From positions 4,340,001-4,404,000 of the forward strand of contig JAWMAR010000028.1 in assembly GCA_036785375.1 (NCBI GenBank): a stretch of DNA of 64,000 bases, written 5' to 3'. Source of the DNA: Leucoraja ocellata. Lineage: Eukaryota. The translations under genes were made by a program, and so were the position numbers. Positions 39,901 through 52,994 of this stretch are shown here, one piece after another. Under the pieces are notes generated by a model. The model did not search any database. It was not told the origin of the DNA and was given only the letters and a program-made list of their open reading frames with translations. The first letter of the stretch is position 1. Each line of letters opens with the position of its first letter.

Positions 39901-42900
39901 CCACTCAAGATAGTAAGAAGGTGCCAATTATAGTGGGGATTGTAATAGTAAGATTAAACGAGAACTTACCAGTTTGATCTTGATTTTATGAGGAGTTACG
40001 ATGAGCGATTACGTGAAGAAGGACCGTCCGTCTGCGTGCGCGTCAATCTTCAAAGCAGCGGTGTTAAATCACAGATAACAAAGAAGACCTGAGAATAGTA
40101 AGATTGTGAAAAAACTAGAACTTCCATGTGACCTTGATAGTATGAGGGTGGGAGCGGTGGGCACGTAATCGCTCATCGTAACTCCTCATAAAATCAAGAT
40201 CGAACTTCAAACTGGTAAGTTCTCGTTTAATCTTACTATTTTACTTCGGAGTCACGTGAGTGACTACGTGAAGATTTCAAAGCTCTGTAATTTTACGCCG
40301 GTTACGAATCCAGGCGTCACACACTGAATGGATTGACCATAGATGCGTGTAATCATTAAAGCATTCAGACATTATGTAGTTAAGTAAAGACACTGATGCT
40401 TTAAATGAAAGAAATGTTTTTAAAAACTAGTTGCCCCTCCCAACCTTGGGGGTAAACTAAGGGACAGAACTTAAAATGGTACGTGCAAACACCGCCAGTC
40501 CGGTTATAGGTTTGTTATAAACCCGGTGGACCGTTATTTCATTCGTCCATCCTGCAGCCACTAGGATGTCGTCAAGAGGCACGTCCATAGCTCTTGCTGC
40601 CGACGTTGATGCAGCCCTGGTGGAGTGAGGTTTAACCATATAAATGTTCACTCTGTTACCGCCATTACCCCCTTGACCATCTGGAGATGGTTTGAGTTGA
40701 CACCTTCTAGTGTGGTTTTTTATATGGCTGATGAGGACCGATTGTTCTGAGCCTCTGAGGTTCTCCGTAACTCTCAGATAGTGGTGTTAGTATGTTACCA
40801 CACACACAACCGTAGGTCCTCTGGATATTGCCAAGAACTGGATCTCCATCCCTTGCATTCCTGGCCTGCTATGTTTTATCAGATTCCTGATTACGAATGT
40901 AATGTTGTTCATGTTGGTGGTGATGTGGTCCAACCGTAGCTTCTGCAGTGTCTGGACTCTTTGTCAGCATACCATCTTCAGGGTTAGTTATAGGCGGTCC
41001 CCACTGTCAAAGTAGGGTTAGTACCACGCTCACATCCCATGTGTCCATGTACCTTAGTCTTAGAGGTATTAAATTGTAAATTCCCTTCATGAATTTTGTT
41101 GTAAAGGGATGCGTTCCTATCGACCCGTGCCCTACTTCCAGCATCAGATAGGAGGAGAGTGTGCCTCTGGCACTATAGATTACACTATAACTTTGTTTAT
41201 AGTTATGGTACAGAGTTGATAGAAAATCCAAGACATCTGTTATCCGAACTGTGTTGTATTTGTTCGGACAGTCCTATGCCTTGAAATGGCCTCCTCAGAA
41301 TCTGCAGACCAACAAGTTAATACGTTCGTGTAGTGGATGATTACTCCCTGTAACTGGGTTCACTAGGAGGTCCCTGCTCTTGGGCACAGCCATAACCGGC
41401 TGGAGTATAGTTCCCAAATATTTTGGGAGCCAGGCTTGAGTAGGCCAATCTGGCACTACCAATATGCCTGTGGCTTAGTCTTGCTTGATTTTGGTCAAGC
41501 ATCGGTTTGTGAGACAAATTTGAGGAAAGTATACATAAACAATCCTCCCCAATTGAGGGAGAAAGCATCCACTGCCTTTGCTCCTGGATCCTGCTTGCAG
41601 AACACATATCTGGGTAACTGATGGTTTAGTCTAGATGCAAACAGATCAATATCTGGTATGCCAAATCATGTAGTTATTTTGTTAAATACTGCCTGATTCA
41701 ACATCCATTCTGTGTTGTTATTAAACATTCGTGATACAGCATCTGTCACCGCGTTATATCTACCTCGTAGATTTCCCAAATATTCCTCTTGATACACCAG
41801 TGCCAAATGAGGTTCGTCAATCTGTCGTAAGATACAGATTTTACACCACCCTTGTTAATGGATATGTGCCACCACAATGGTGTTATCAATCTGAATTTGA
41901 ACAAGCACCGGTTGCATATTGCTACAGAAACTTTGAGTCCAAATTGTGCCCCCAACAATTCTGGGTAATTGATTCCATATGTTGGGGAATTACAGACTCC
42001 TGCTCATTCCATCTGCCCCCACAGCTCTGGACTGTGTTAGTGGCTCCCCATCCTTAGCCGCTTGCATAGGTCTGAAGAACCCCCGATGGCTTTCAAGCAA
42101 ATTTTACCTTGAGCTTTCTCACGTTCGTTATCCACCATAGTTATTCAACAATGGCCTCTGCTGGCAATCCATAGTTTTGCCAGTTCGGCCTGCATGGAAT
42201 CTGAGTGTTTGTTCCTTCGCTCACTGTAAATTCTGGTAATGCAAAGGCCCGTACGTACTGCTGGAAATGCAGCTACAATTTGCCAATTACACTCGCTGTT
42301 TGCCTGATAGATGGCTAGTATTTGACTATCAGGTCATAGACGGCTTGATTTATATAGTCATTTGCCCCTAGGCAAAGTCACCAACATATTTACTGTTTTT
42401 GATAGTAAATTCTAGGTAATCAATTACCCTTGTAGGTGTCAATTTTGATTTAACTGGATGGATGAGGTAACCAATTCTATCAAACAGGGTTTTGGTTTGC
42501 TTTGACTGATGCTTCTGCCAATTCTTGGTGACTCCAAATGAAATTGTCCAAATATGCCATTACTATATGCCTCTGAGACCTTTGTAGACCCAGAATTGGT
42601 TTCCGTAGTTTAGTCAATAGTCTAGGAGCTGATGTCAACCCATTTGGCAGATCCATGCCATCCAGTTAAACTTCAAATATCTCCTGTTCTTAGTGAATAG
42701 ACACCGAATAGTATGCATCTTTGAGGTCGATGCATGCCATGTGACCATTTTATAGGATGCTCCTATAAAACAGTTGTTAGACCGTAACAAAATTACTATT
42801 TCTAAAAGTTTGTACTGCACAAATGAGTTAAACCTGGATGAAGTGACATCCTCCATCTGTCACATGTCCTGAATGGCAATGCTGCCCAAAATACTGGGCC

Positions 42901-43851
42901 TGCCTCGAAGACCACTCCAGTCCAAGTTCCAATTCTGCTTGGAACCTATGTATGTTGTGCAGTAAAAATAATCACATGTTATTATCTGTTTTTTAAAACC
43001 AGTTCTGAAAATTCATGTTATTGTCATTTTGAACAAAAACACAAGAGTAAATTACCAACATGTAACTGGTCCACAATCCCTTGTTTCAGTAAACCCAGAC
43101 CCACCTACCTCCATGGCTACCAGTGGTCTTGTGGTAAGCCCAAAAGCCCCTGATGCAGGTCCTTTTCTCTCCTTGATTGGGAGTAGGACTGGTAAGGAGT
43201 GTGGATTCCATGTTTCTCCTGACCTCTGCTTGGGTCTGGTCTGAAAACCTCATCATACTGAGCCTGCCTTGTAGGACAATTCTGGCCATAATTCTGAGTC
43301 TGCCTTGAAAGACGACTCTGATCATATTTCCGTGCCCACCTTTCAAGCTACCACCGGATTCGGTGAACCGCTTACCCCCTATGGAGGTGTGGGGTGTGTT
43401 GTCGTCTACTGATGAAGTTTTGCTTGTCGTTGATACCTAGATTGGTCCGACAGCTTTTGCTTCCTTCTTCTGCTCTTACCTGAAGAGAGGATTCGGCGGC
43501 TGGCTTCAGTATGTTCATACTTTAAATTCGAGATCAGTTACCTACTGATCACTCACACTCCCCTCCACTGAGAGTGAGATTCGTGGGCAGCCCTGAAAAC
43601 AGGTGCTGCCGCTGGCCCCTGAGGATACCTGTGCTGACATGGCCCTTCCAGTGGACCTAAATGAGGTTCTAGCTTTGGGTCAGACTGAAACGGACCATGA
43701 ATGCTCCTCTCCTAAGAGCAGGAGACATTTGTGCAGCCCTGAAACAGGTGCTGCTGCCTGTGGGTTCTCCATAATACCCGGGCTGTCAATAGCTAGATCT
43801 CCATCCAGGGAAGCACCCAGTGGAACCTGGATGATTGCAGAAGTACTTCTT

Positions 43852-43957
43852 TGCTGTTGTTTGTATGGAAGCTTATTATTCCTTTTACGTAAAGCACTTT
43901 GGTGTCAATGCGAGTTGACCCGAACAGTGCAACATAAGTAAAACTTACTTACTTACT
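43852..43957 (+). mobile_element. short L2-type 3' tail inserted in the DIRS element
   Basis: gtaaagcactttgg...agtaaa(actt)n, like the tail at 1117-1190. Confidence 0.6.
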
Positions 43958-44596
43958 TCCTTTCTTCTGCTTGTCCCTGGGAAGGTTTCCCCCCCTCTTC
44001 TTTTGTACTCTGATTCAGAGTGGTTTCTTCCATATGTAGTTCCCCCTCCAATGGTGAAGACATTGGGCTGCCCCATGTGCGAGGCTCCCGGCACCGGCAC
44101 TGCTGTAGGCTGTGCTGATACTGCTCCCTCCTTAGGAGCAGATCATTGTTGGAGCAACTTCTCCATAAGTTGCTCCATGTGGGAGAAGTCGTCCTCAGAC
44201 GTTCTCCGTTGAGGGAGGGTATCCCTCTTCCCCGGACTCATCAGAGTCAACGTGTTTGTTAGACTTGCGGGTGGTATTATGTCCCGCAGGACAACCATGG
44301 AGCTCCTCCTCCCGCACAAATTCTCCTGCCGATTCTGCTGTCGGCGCTAATGTCGGGAACAAGACCGTCGCCCGCTATTTGGAAAGCTGCGGTCTTCGGC
44401 AGCCGACTTCCCCGCGGGCCGTCTCCTCGACATCTGGGCCCTGAAACTACAAAAAAGCTTCAAGCCCGAAAGAACGCAGGTAAGTAGTTCAACTTTCCTT
44501 ACCTGCCCATCCCGACGGCTGGGAGGACACAGTGCCTGCCAGTCCGTCATGCGCATTGCGTTCAGACGTAATGACGCGCATGCAGACGGACGGCCC

Positions 44597-44800
44597 TGTA
44601 GATCAGTGCATGTTCCTTTAACATAGTGACCTCACCACTACTAACCACTCCCCATTGTCTCTCGTATAATTGTAGTGTCCCCACCTCCAGCTCGCTCTCT
44701 AGCTCCAGTGATGACCACGGACAGCTATTGCATAGTATGTATTAGTGCTTGTAATAAACTATCAGTAAAAGACTTTGTGTAGCAATCAAGTCGTTTTACA
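44597..44800 (+). mobile_element. solo LTR (204 bp) with 5-bp TSD, inside the DIRS 5' terminal repeat
   Basis: TGTAGA...TTTACA; TSD GGCCC at 44592-44596 and 44801-44805; TATAA and AATAAA inside. Confidence 0.88.
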
Positions 44801-46719
44801 GGCCCTTCTTCACGTAGTCACTCACGTGACTCCGAAGTAAAATTTCAAGTCCTATAAGCTCAACTAAAACTATTAGTTAATACTACCACTTAATCAAATA
44901 ATGGGCAATAGAGGCATGCCTCAGATCTTAGAAATTATGAAATAAAATTAAGGGGGAGTGACTAAAAATGTTAAATCCAAGAATTATTTGTAGCAAGTGT
45001 CCCTAATGTAACCAGGCAGTTAAATGCATTTTGAAAGTGGGTTGACACCATCACTGATGGTAAACATTTGCCTTCTTTTGAGTCTGAATAAAATCACAAG
45101 GATTTTTATGACTGGAAAGTATCTGGTCCAACATTTATATTTGTTTTAGATTTCTGGTGCATGTAACTGCCTCCTCACTTATCACCCCTAATACCCAGTT
45201 ATACTGAAGCACACACTGGCCACACATTTGGTATTCATCGGTCTGCTGGGATTCATGTGTGACGTGTCCATAGTTTCTGAATAGGCAGTGCCAGCTGGCC
45301 ACACTTCTGCTGGAACTTCATTAACATAAAATCAGTCCATATAATTACAGAATCACATCAAGTTCCCCTCTGAGCCCATTTGTAAAGTACACTTTAATGA
45401 TCTTTCCTGGTTGCATTAATATGTTGCATTGTGCAGGAAAAAACGTTGCCTTTTCCCATTACGTGCTTCTAAATGTCTCGATCTGTATTTGCGTCTCTTC
45501 ATTGCTATGCATTTTAGCTTTCATCCCTGCTTTATAATCCTCGTTTTAAATTGGATTTCTCCTATTCCAGATGAAGAGTGTAGATTGAAAAAGGTAACTG
45601 ATTAAAATAATGTCTTCAGCTTCAATAGACTGTAAGTGCCAGTGAATCCTAAAGTCAAATCAAATAAATGTTCCTTGAAATGCAATGCTGATAAATGCAT
45701 AATGGTGATTCCAATAGGCATTTGCAAACTCTTCTACATTTGTTGCAAACATACAATGGATTTGATGTAAAGTGTATTGATGCACTTCACATCACTCACA
45801 TAAGCAGCACACAGCTCTGCATCTGTTCCTCCCTTAGGCACTTTGTAATTGAAGTATTTGCACTCGAACAGGAGATGACTGAAGCATTTGACTGATAGGT
45901 AATATTTGTAATGTAATTAAGAATGATTGATTTTTTTTTAAACCGTTCATAGAACAAGTCATTACAATTCAAAGTGATTGCTTGTAAATGCATTTTCCCC
46001 CCACTTTTCTGAAATACCTAGTGTATTAGCTTAACATTGAAAATCTTTGGAATTTTTTTCACGTGACTGAACTGTTCATTTTCATTCAAATTGTCTGAGA
46101 AGACAGCAAAAGGATATCAGTACAAATAGACACAAAATGCTGGAATAACTCAGCGGGGCAGGTAGCATGTGTGGAGAGGTGACGTTTTCGGAACAAGGCC
46201 CATTCTTCAGACTAGACTAGTCCACCACTACTCCAGAATTTGATGTCTATCTTCGGTTTAAACCAGCATCTGCAGTTCCTTTCTACACAGTTCAAATAAA
46301 TCTTAGTTATAATTTACTTGTGAAATATGAGTCTTTAAACCTCACTATGGCCAAGCACCTCCCTTAATATCTCCTTATTTTATCTTGTTCGATTGTGGTG
46401 GACAATTATTGAGCCAATAGGACAGCCATTATTGGCAAACATATAAATCGCTTTTTAAAATGCCCAGCAGAATTGTGAGAATGAAATACTGTACACACAG
46501 TGTGTTCTCTGGTACCCAACTCAAATGGCCATTCCTTGTGTATAGTTATTAGTTTGGGCTGGTGAGCTTGTCCAACATCCAGCAAGGATCATTGCTCTTG
46601 CACAAGACCCTGGCAGAGTATTATTGTCAGTGCATATGAGGTTTACACCCATTGCTAATGCCAAGGGATGGCAATATTTACTTTGGATCCTTCAATCTGC
46701 ATGGTTCAACATCAGCATA

Positions 46720-47172
46720 CTTCCCAGGAATGAGTGGGTTTACTATGATGAGTGCTTCACGACACTGAGCCTGTACTCGCTGGAGTTTAGAAGGATGAGG
46801 AAGGACCTCATTGAAACTTACCAAATAGTGAAAGACCTTAATATAGTGGATGTGGAGAGGATGTTTCCACTAGTGGGAGAGTCCAAGACCAGAGGTCATA
46901 GCTTCAGAATTAAAGGACGTTCCTTTAGGAAGGAAATGAGGAGGAATTTCTTTAGTCAGAAGGTGGTAAATCTGTGGAATTCATTGCCACAGAAGGCTAT
47001 GGATATTTCTAAAGCAGAGATAGATTGATTCTTGATTAGTACGAGGGTTTGGGGTTATGGGGAGAAGGCAGGAGAATGGGGTTAAGAGGGAAAGATGGAT
47101 CAGCCATGATTGAATGGTGGAGTAGACTTAATGGGCCGAATGGCCTAATTGTGCTCCTATCACTTATGAACA
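46720..47172 (+). mobile_element. CR1-clade LINE 3' end
   Basis: LYSLEFRRMRKDLIETY...TRGHSFRIKGRSFRKEMRRNFFSQKVVNLWNSLP. Confidence 0.85.
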
Positions 47173-47345
47173 TAAATAATCCTCGAGCTGATCTTGCTCC
47201 GACAACAGAAAGAACGCTCTCCCTGTCCTTGGTATGCCCACTTGAGGTGAAGGTCAGTGAGCTTGTCCAATTTCATTTGTCAATCACTGTCCAATGGGCC
47301 AACTAGGCAACTTTTGAAGTGGAAGTCCTGTCGACATAGGGAATG

Positions 47346-48134
47346 TCAAATCAAATCAAGTCAAGTTTATTTGTCACATACACCTACGAGATGTGCAGTG
47401 AAATGAAAGTGGCAATGCTCGCGGACGTTTGTGCAAAAGACAAACAACCAAACAACCAAACAAACTATAAACACAATCATAACACACATATTCTTTTACA
47501 TAATAAATAATGGAAGGAAAAACGTTCAGTAGAGTTAGTCCCTGGTGAGATAGGCATTTACAGTCCGAATTGCCTCTGGGAAGAAACTCCTTCTCAACCT
47601 TTCCGTTCTCACCGCATGGCAACGGAGGCGTTTGCCTGACCGTAGCAGCTGGAACAGTCCGTTGCAGGGGTGGAAGGGGTCTCCCATGATTTTGTTTGCT
47701 CTGGAGTTGCACCTCCTGTTGTATAGTTCCTGCAGGGGGTGAGTGAAGTTCCCATAGTGCGTTCGGCCGAATGCACTACTCTCTGCAGAGCCTTCTTGTC
47801 CTTGGCAGAGCAATTCCCAAACCAGATGGTAATGTTCCCGGACAAGATGCTTTCCACTGCCGCTGCGTAGAAGCACTGGAGGATCCTCGGGGACACTCTG
47901 AATTTCCTCAATTGCCTGAGTTGGTAAAGGCGCTGCCTTGCCTTACTCACGAGTGCTGAGGCGTGTGATGCCCATGTCATATCCTCGGACATGTGGACTT
48001 CCAGATATTTAAAACAGTTCACCCTATCCACAGGATCCCCATTTATCCTCAATGGAGTGCACGTCCTCGGATGATGTGCCCTCCTAAAGTCCATGATCAG
48101 CTCCTTCGTTTTTTTGATGTTCAAGAGGAGGCTG
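47346..48134 (-). mobile_element. Rex1/Babar-clade LINE 3' fragment
   Basis: Near-identical peptide and 3'UTR to 20203-21013, in the opposite orientation. Confidence 0.88.
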
Positions 48135-49401
48135 GAAGCAGAGGGACGTCAACAACTGATTTCCCCAGTCGAGTGTCATTATGAGCCATGTAGTAAAGTT
48201 AGATGTAGGTGACCTTTATTTCTTCATTGTCTATGTTATCGAAACAAAATTAATTGACAGAGGATGACAGTTTAAGGGTATATGTTTCCCATGATGGTCA
48301 TTGTCAACAAATAGTCTATTGAACATTTAGATTTCACTACAGCACAGGCTCGTTCAGTACCCCCTGAGACACCGATATTGTTACGATTCTGTGTGCGCAA
48401 TTCCATTAACAACTATCAGAGGTCGGAGGAAATGGGCAGTCCTCTGTTTGTTGCTATTTTAATTAATGTATTGCGATGCTTTAGTTGAATTCATCATCTA
48501 ATTTATATTCCCGGCTGACTTGGTTAATGAAGAACAGGTTACTTTGTGCAAATGACTGTTTTCCCCTCGTGAGCTCTAAGGTGCCACAAAAAATATCAGT
48601 GGGCCGTGTTACCCCTTGACAAATGTTTAAATGAATTGCTGGATGTTACAAAATCAGTTGCCAAGGAGCATTTAGGAAGATAGAACGGTGTTTTTGTATG
48701 GAGTTTTCAAAACATTTTCAAATGTTGGGTGCTGGTTTCTGGAGAATTGTAGTTCTTGGGGCATCGGTTTACAATGAACTCTACCCATCGGGAGTAAGAG
48801 GACATTGAAACCAGATTATTATAATTAACATTTAAGGTGCTCCACTGACGGCATAGAGCTTCCATGCCCTACATCACATCCGTAATATTAATCAAAACAC
48901 AGTATAACAAGCACACGTTTTACTCTTTCCACATGCCAGCTATCTTGATTTTTTTTAATAGATTGCCCTTGATGAAATGCATGCATTACAAGAGAAGATT
49001 TGTTAAGCTAAAGTTTGTAAATAAAAATTTGGGTGAAATGCATATTATGGGAATTTCTGATACTTATTCCTATTTGCCTGAGTTGATGACGTTTTCATTA
49101 TGAAGATTGCAGTCATGGGCTCATTTGTAAACGCCAATGACATGCTAACATACTTGCTAGGAATTGAATTGAACTTAACTAAACCTCTATGACTCTAGAT
49201 TATATTATATCACTGCACAGAAATCAGAAGTCTCTGTCCGTTATCTCCCAGTTGTACCAAACATGACCTGTCCCTTCACCTCCCCCCTCAGTAGATAAAG
49301 CCCTCTCTGACATTTACATCAGGCTAGTAAACACTAGAGCCTCCAAATAAGATCCAAACTGTATGGTCATGAGGGCATTGGTTTTGTCTTTTGCACTATA
49401 A

Positions 49402-49737
49402 NNNNNNNNNNNNNNNNNNNNNNNNNNNNNNNNNNNNNNNNNNNNNNNNNNNNNNNNNNNNNNNNNNNNNNNNNNNNNNNNNNNNNNNNNNNNNNNNNNN
49501 NNNNNNNNNNNNNNNNNNNNNNNNNNNNNNNNNNNNNNNNNNNNNNNNNNNNNNNNNNNNNNNNNNNNNNNNNNNNNNNNNNNNGTATAGTATANNNNNN
49601 NNNNNNNNNNNNNNNNNNNNNNNNNNNNNNNNNNNNNNNNNNNNNNNNNNNNNNNNNNNNNNNNNNNNNNNNNNNNNNNNNNNNNNNNNNNNNNNNNNNN
49701 NNNNNNNNNNNNNNNNNNNNNNNNNNNNNNNNNNNNN
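49402..49737. other. two runs of N separated by a 10-nt island
   Basis: N at 49402-49584 and 49595-49737, with gtatagtata between. Confidence 1.
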
Positions 49738-50007
49738 CTTTTTTTAATCATTTATTATATTATTTACAGTGTACTAAGTTTACATATTCTGTTGTGCTGC
49801 TGCAAGTAATAATTTCATTGTTCTATCTGGGACATATGTAATTTTGTTTTTTTGTTCTACCAACCAGAATAAAATTACGCTGAAAAATCCAAGTGGTGCC
49901 AGCAGAGTGACTAATTTGCCACTGCCAGTTCTGATGCCTAGCAGTGGGATAAAGGTGAGCTCAGAAATCATAACAATCTGGCCACTTCAAACCTTTCTAG
50001 TAAATTG

Positions 50008-50225
50008 TGGATAGACACAAAATGCTGGAGTAACTCAGCGGGACAGGCAGCATCTCTGGAGAGAAGGAGTGGTGTCATTTTGTATCGAGACCCTTCTTCA
50101 GACTGAGAGTCAGGGGAGAGGGAAACTAGAGATATGAAAGGGTACGTGAATTTAAGATGTGAAAAGGACCGATCAAAGCAGACGATGTTCCAGGAAAACG
50201 TGGAATGATTCATTGTTGGCTGATT
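50008..50225 (-). mobile_element. Penelope pLTR fragment
   Basis: Matches the gatagacacaaaatgctggagtaactcagc family, including the reverse-complement hammerhead boxes. Confidence 0.7.
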
Positions 50226-50777
50226 GCTGGGTTGGACGGCAGGAGGAATTACAGAGGGGGAACAACAAGAGAGGGTGTGGCAGAACTCATCGAGGAGAGG
50301 AGGAGAACTTGGGTTGCCTTAAGCGTTTCATTTGAACAAAAACAAAACAGCTGTGGTAGCCATGACAGCATTGTTATTGCAGGGATTTTTCATGTCCCTC
50401 CTGAATGTCAGGTTTCACACTGCAGCTAACACTCTCCTTATCAGATTTCATACTCCTTCTCAGATGAAATGTGTAGGAAGGAACAGCAGATGCTAGTCGA
50501 AACTAGCCTATTGCTCATGCCCCCCGAGTCCTGGCAACACCCTCATAAATCCTCTCTCCACCCTTTCCAGCTTGACAACATTCTTGCGATGACATGATGA
50601 CCAAAACGGAACCTAATGTTGTAAATGTTGCCTCACCAACGCCTTATACAACTATTATATGACCTCACAACTTGTGTTCACATCCCATAAATGCTGCCGG
50701 ATCGGCTGAGCATTTCCTTTCTTATTTCAGGTTTCCAACCCCTTTCATCACTACAGCAGTTTCAACATGGTGTAGAG

Positions 50778-52290
50778 CAGTGGTTCTCAAATGGGGGTAC
50801 GCGTACCCCTGGGGGTACATGAAGGCATTCCAGGGGGTACGTGATATTTTAAAATATAGGCCTACATATATTTAAAAAGTAGCATCCATGCAAAACTCCT
50901 TTAAAAATAATTATTTAATAAATATTTCAGGAAAATATAAGTATAAGTTCATAAAATGAATTTTATATTCAGTAGGCTATTCAATTTAATTATCCTAAAA
51001 ACCCAGAGTCTCCCCCATTCCAGGATGGTTCGACCCAACCTGCCATATGCCACCCGGCATCACCTGTCAATCACAACTCAAAACGATGGAGTCGTGGTTG
51101 AAGCGTAGCAGCAATTCTTTTGAAAACACGGAGGGACAAGTGGCAAACATAGAAACATAGAAATTAGGTGCAGGAGTAGGCCATTCGGCCCTTCGAGCCT
51201 GCACCGCCATTCAATATGATCATGGCTGATCATCCAACTCAGTATCCCGTACCTGCCTTCTCTCCATACCCCCTGATCCCCTTAGCCACAAGGGCCACAT
51301 CTAACTCCCTCTTAAATATAGCCAATGAACTGGCCTCAACTACCCTCTGTGGCAGAGAGTTCCAGAGATTCACCACTCTCTGTGTGAAAAAAGTTCTTCT
51401 CATCTCGGTTTTAAAGCAAAGGCCAAACCAGAGCCGGGAAAATTCCGGCTGTATCTTGAAGATTATGTTTTAATTGGATTTACGTCCACAAGTTGCAACC
51501 CACCCAAGGCACTGGGTTTTTTTCTGTGGGGAGGAATTAGCTAACAGTAGCATGAAGCCAGCACATCTGCAGCGTCATCTTAAGACAAAACATCGATGTC
51601 ACGTTGGTAATCCACCTGACTTTTTTAAGAGGAAACTGTCTGAATTCAGATCATCTCAAGACACGATGCGGAAGGCCTCCACAACATCAGCCAAAGCCCT
51701 GGAGGCCTCTTATGCAGTGTCTTTGCTCGTAGCTAAAGCCAAGAAGCCATTCACTATCGCTGAAGACCTGCTCCTTCCAGCGGCTGTAGTGCTGGCTGAG
51801 ACTATGCTGGACAAAAACGCAGTGGAGAAATTAAAGACTGTACCATTGTCAAATGACTCTGTTTGCCGCAGAGTAGATGCAATGGGAACAGACGTTGTCG
51901 AGCAAGTTGTGGGAAAACTTAGCGACTCCTTTTCACTCCAGCTGGATGAATCCACAGATGTCAGTGGAAATGCACAACTTGTTGCTTTTGTGAGGTACGT
52001 TGATACTGACATTAGTTTGAATCACTACATTTTAGTGATGAGAAATATTTGCAATAAATTTAGTCATGGATTATTAACATTTAAAATGTTCGAAATAGTT
52101 TTTTTTCGAATGTTTGAATTTTGTATGTGTTTATCAGTTCCAAAGTTTAATAAATCAGACACTGATGGCACAGTGCTCTGTTTTAAGTCTTTTTTTTTCA
52201 ACCAAAAATGCTTTGCGCTGGTTAGGGGGTACTTGGCTGAAAAAATATTTCACAGGGGGTACATCACTGAAAAAAGGTTGAGAACCACTG
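50778..52290 (+). mobile_element. hAT (Charlie/Buster-type) DNA transposon, internally deleted
   Basis: TIR cagtggttctcaa / ttgagaaccactg; exact 8-bp TSD GTGTAGAG at 50770-50777 and 52291-52298. Transposase remnant ELANSSMKPAHLQRHLKTKH...KPFTIAEDLLLPA...SLQLDESTDVSGNAQLVAFVRY, truncated after the first catalytic Asp region. Confidence 0.93.
51146..51412 (-). mobile_element. CR1 3' end inserted in the hAT transposase gene
   Basis: (aaacatag)n tail and CR1 3' sequence interrupt the frame that begins at ATG 51087 (MESWLKRSS). Confidence 0.8.
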
Positions 52291-52557
52291 GTGTAGAGAG
52301 ATTAACTGTGTTTCCAGATGCTGCCCCAGTGTAAGGAGCTCGCTGCTGGTGAAACAAAGCACAAAGACCACAAAGGGTTTTCAGGCATCTGAGGAGGTGG
52401 AGCAAGTATGTTTGTCGGTGTGGAGCAAGGAACCGCAGATGCTGCTTTACACCGAAGATAGACATATAATTCTCGTGTAACTCAGCGGGACAGGCAGCTT
52501 CTCTGGAGAGAAGGAATGAGTGACATTTCAGGTTGAGAACCTTCTTCAGACTAAAGA

Positions 52558-52885
52558 CGGGCGGCATGGTGGCACAACTGTAGAGTTGCTGCCTTACAGC
52601 AAATGCAACGCCGGAGACCCGGGTTCGATCCCGACTACGGGTGCTGTCTGTACGGAGTTCGTACGATCTCCCCGTGACCTGTGTGGGTTTTCTCCAAGAT
52701 CTTGGGTTTCCTGCCACACTCCAAAGACATACAGGTTTGTAGGTTAATTGGCTTGGTGTAAATGTAAAAAATATATATTGTCCCTAGTGGGTGTCGGATA
52801 GTGTTAGTGTGCGGGAATCACTGGTCGGCGTGGACCCTGTGGGCTGAAGGACCTGTTTCCGCACTGTATCTCTAAAACTAAAACT
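52558..52885 (+). mobile_element. HE1-like SINE inserted in a Penelope fold-back (about 52425-52990)
   Basis: Full SINE, flanked by the two inverted Penelope arms. Confidence 0.82.
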
Positions 52886-52994
52886 ACATCCATTCCTTCT
52901 CTCCAGAGATGCTGCCTGTCCCACTGAGTTACTCCAGCATTTTGTGTCTATCTTCGGTGTAAGCCAGCGTCTGCGCTTCCTTCCTACATAATGA

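Larger units (their letters stand above)
39944..44842 (-). mobile_element. DIRS1-type tyrosine-recombinase retrotransposon, full length but decayed
   Basis: Inverted termini plus an internal complementary region (40162-40274). Minus-strand remnants of YR (KPHSTRAASTS...AAGW), the methyltransferase-like domain (DIDLFASRLNHQLP...DAFS) and RT/RNase H. Many stops and frameshifts. Confidence 0.9.

Noticed and set aside
49402-49737. ORFs spanning N runs (also 7044-7211)
   Set aside because: Artefacts of unknown bases.
51474-52334. 286-aa ORF as a domesticated ZBED/FAM200-like gene
   Set aside because: It lies between intact TIRs and TSD, lacks most of the catalytic domain, and its C-terminus is read-through of the element end.
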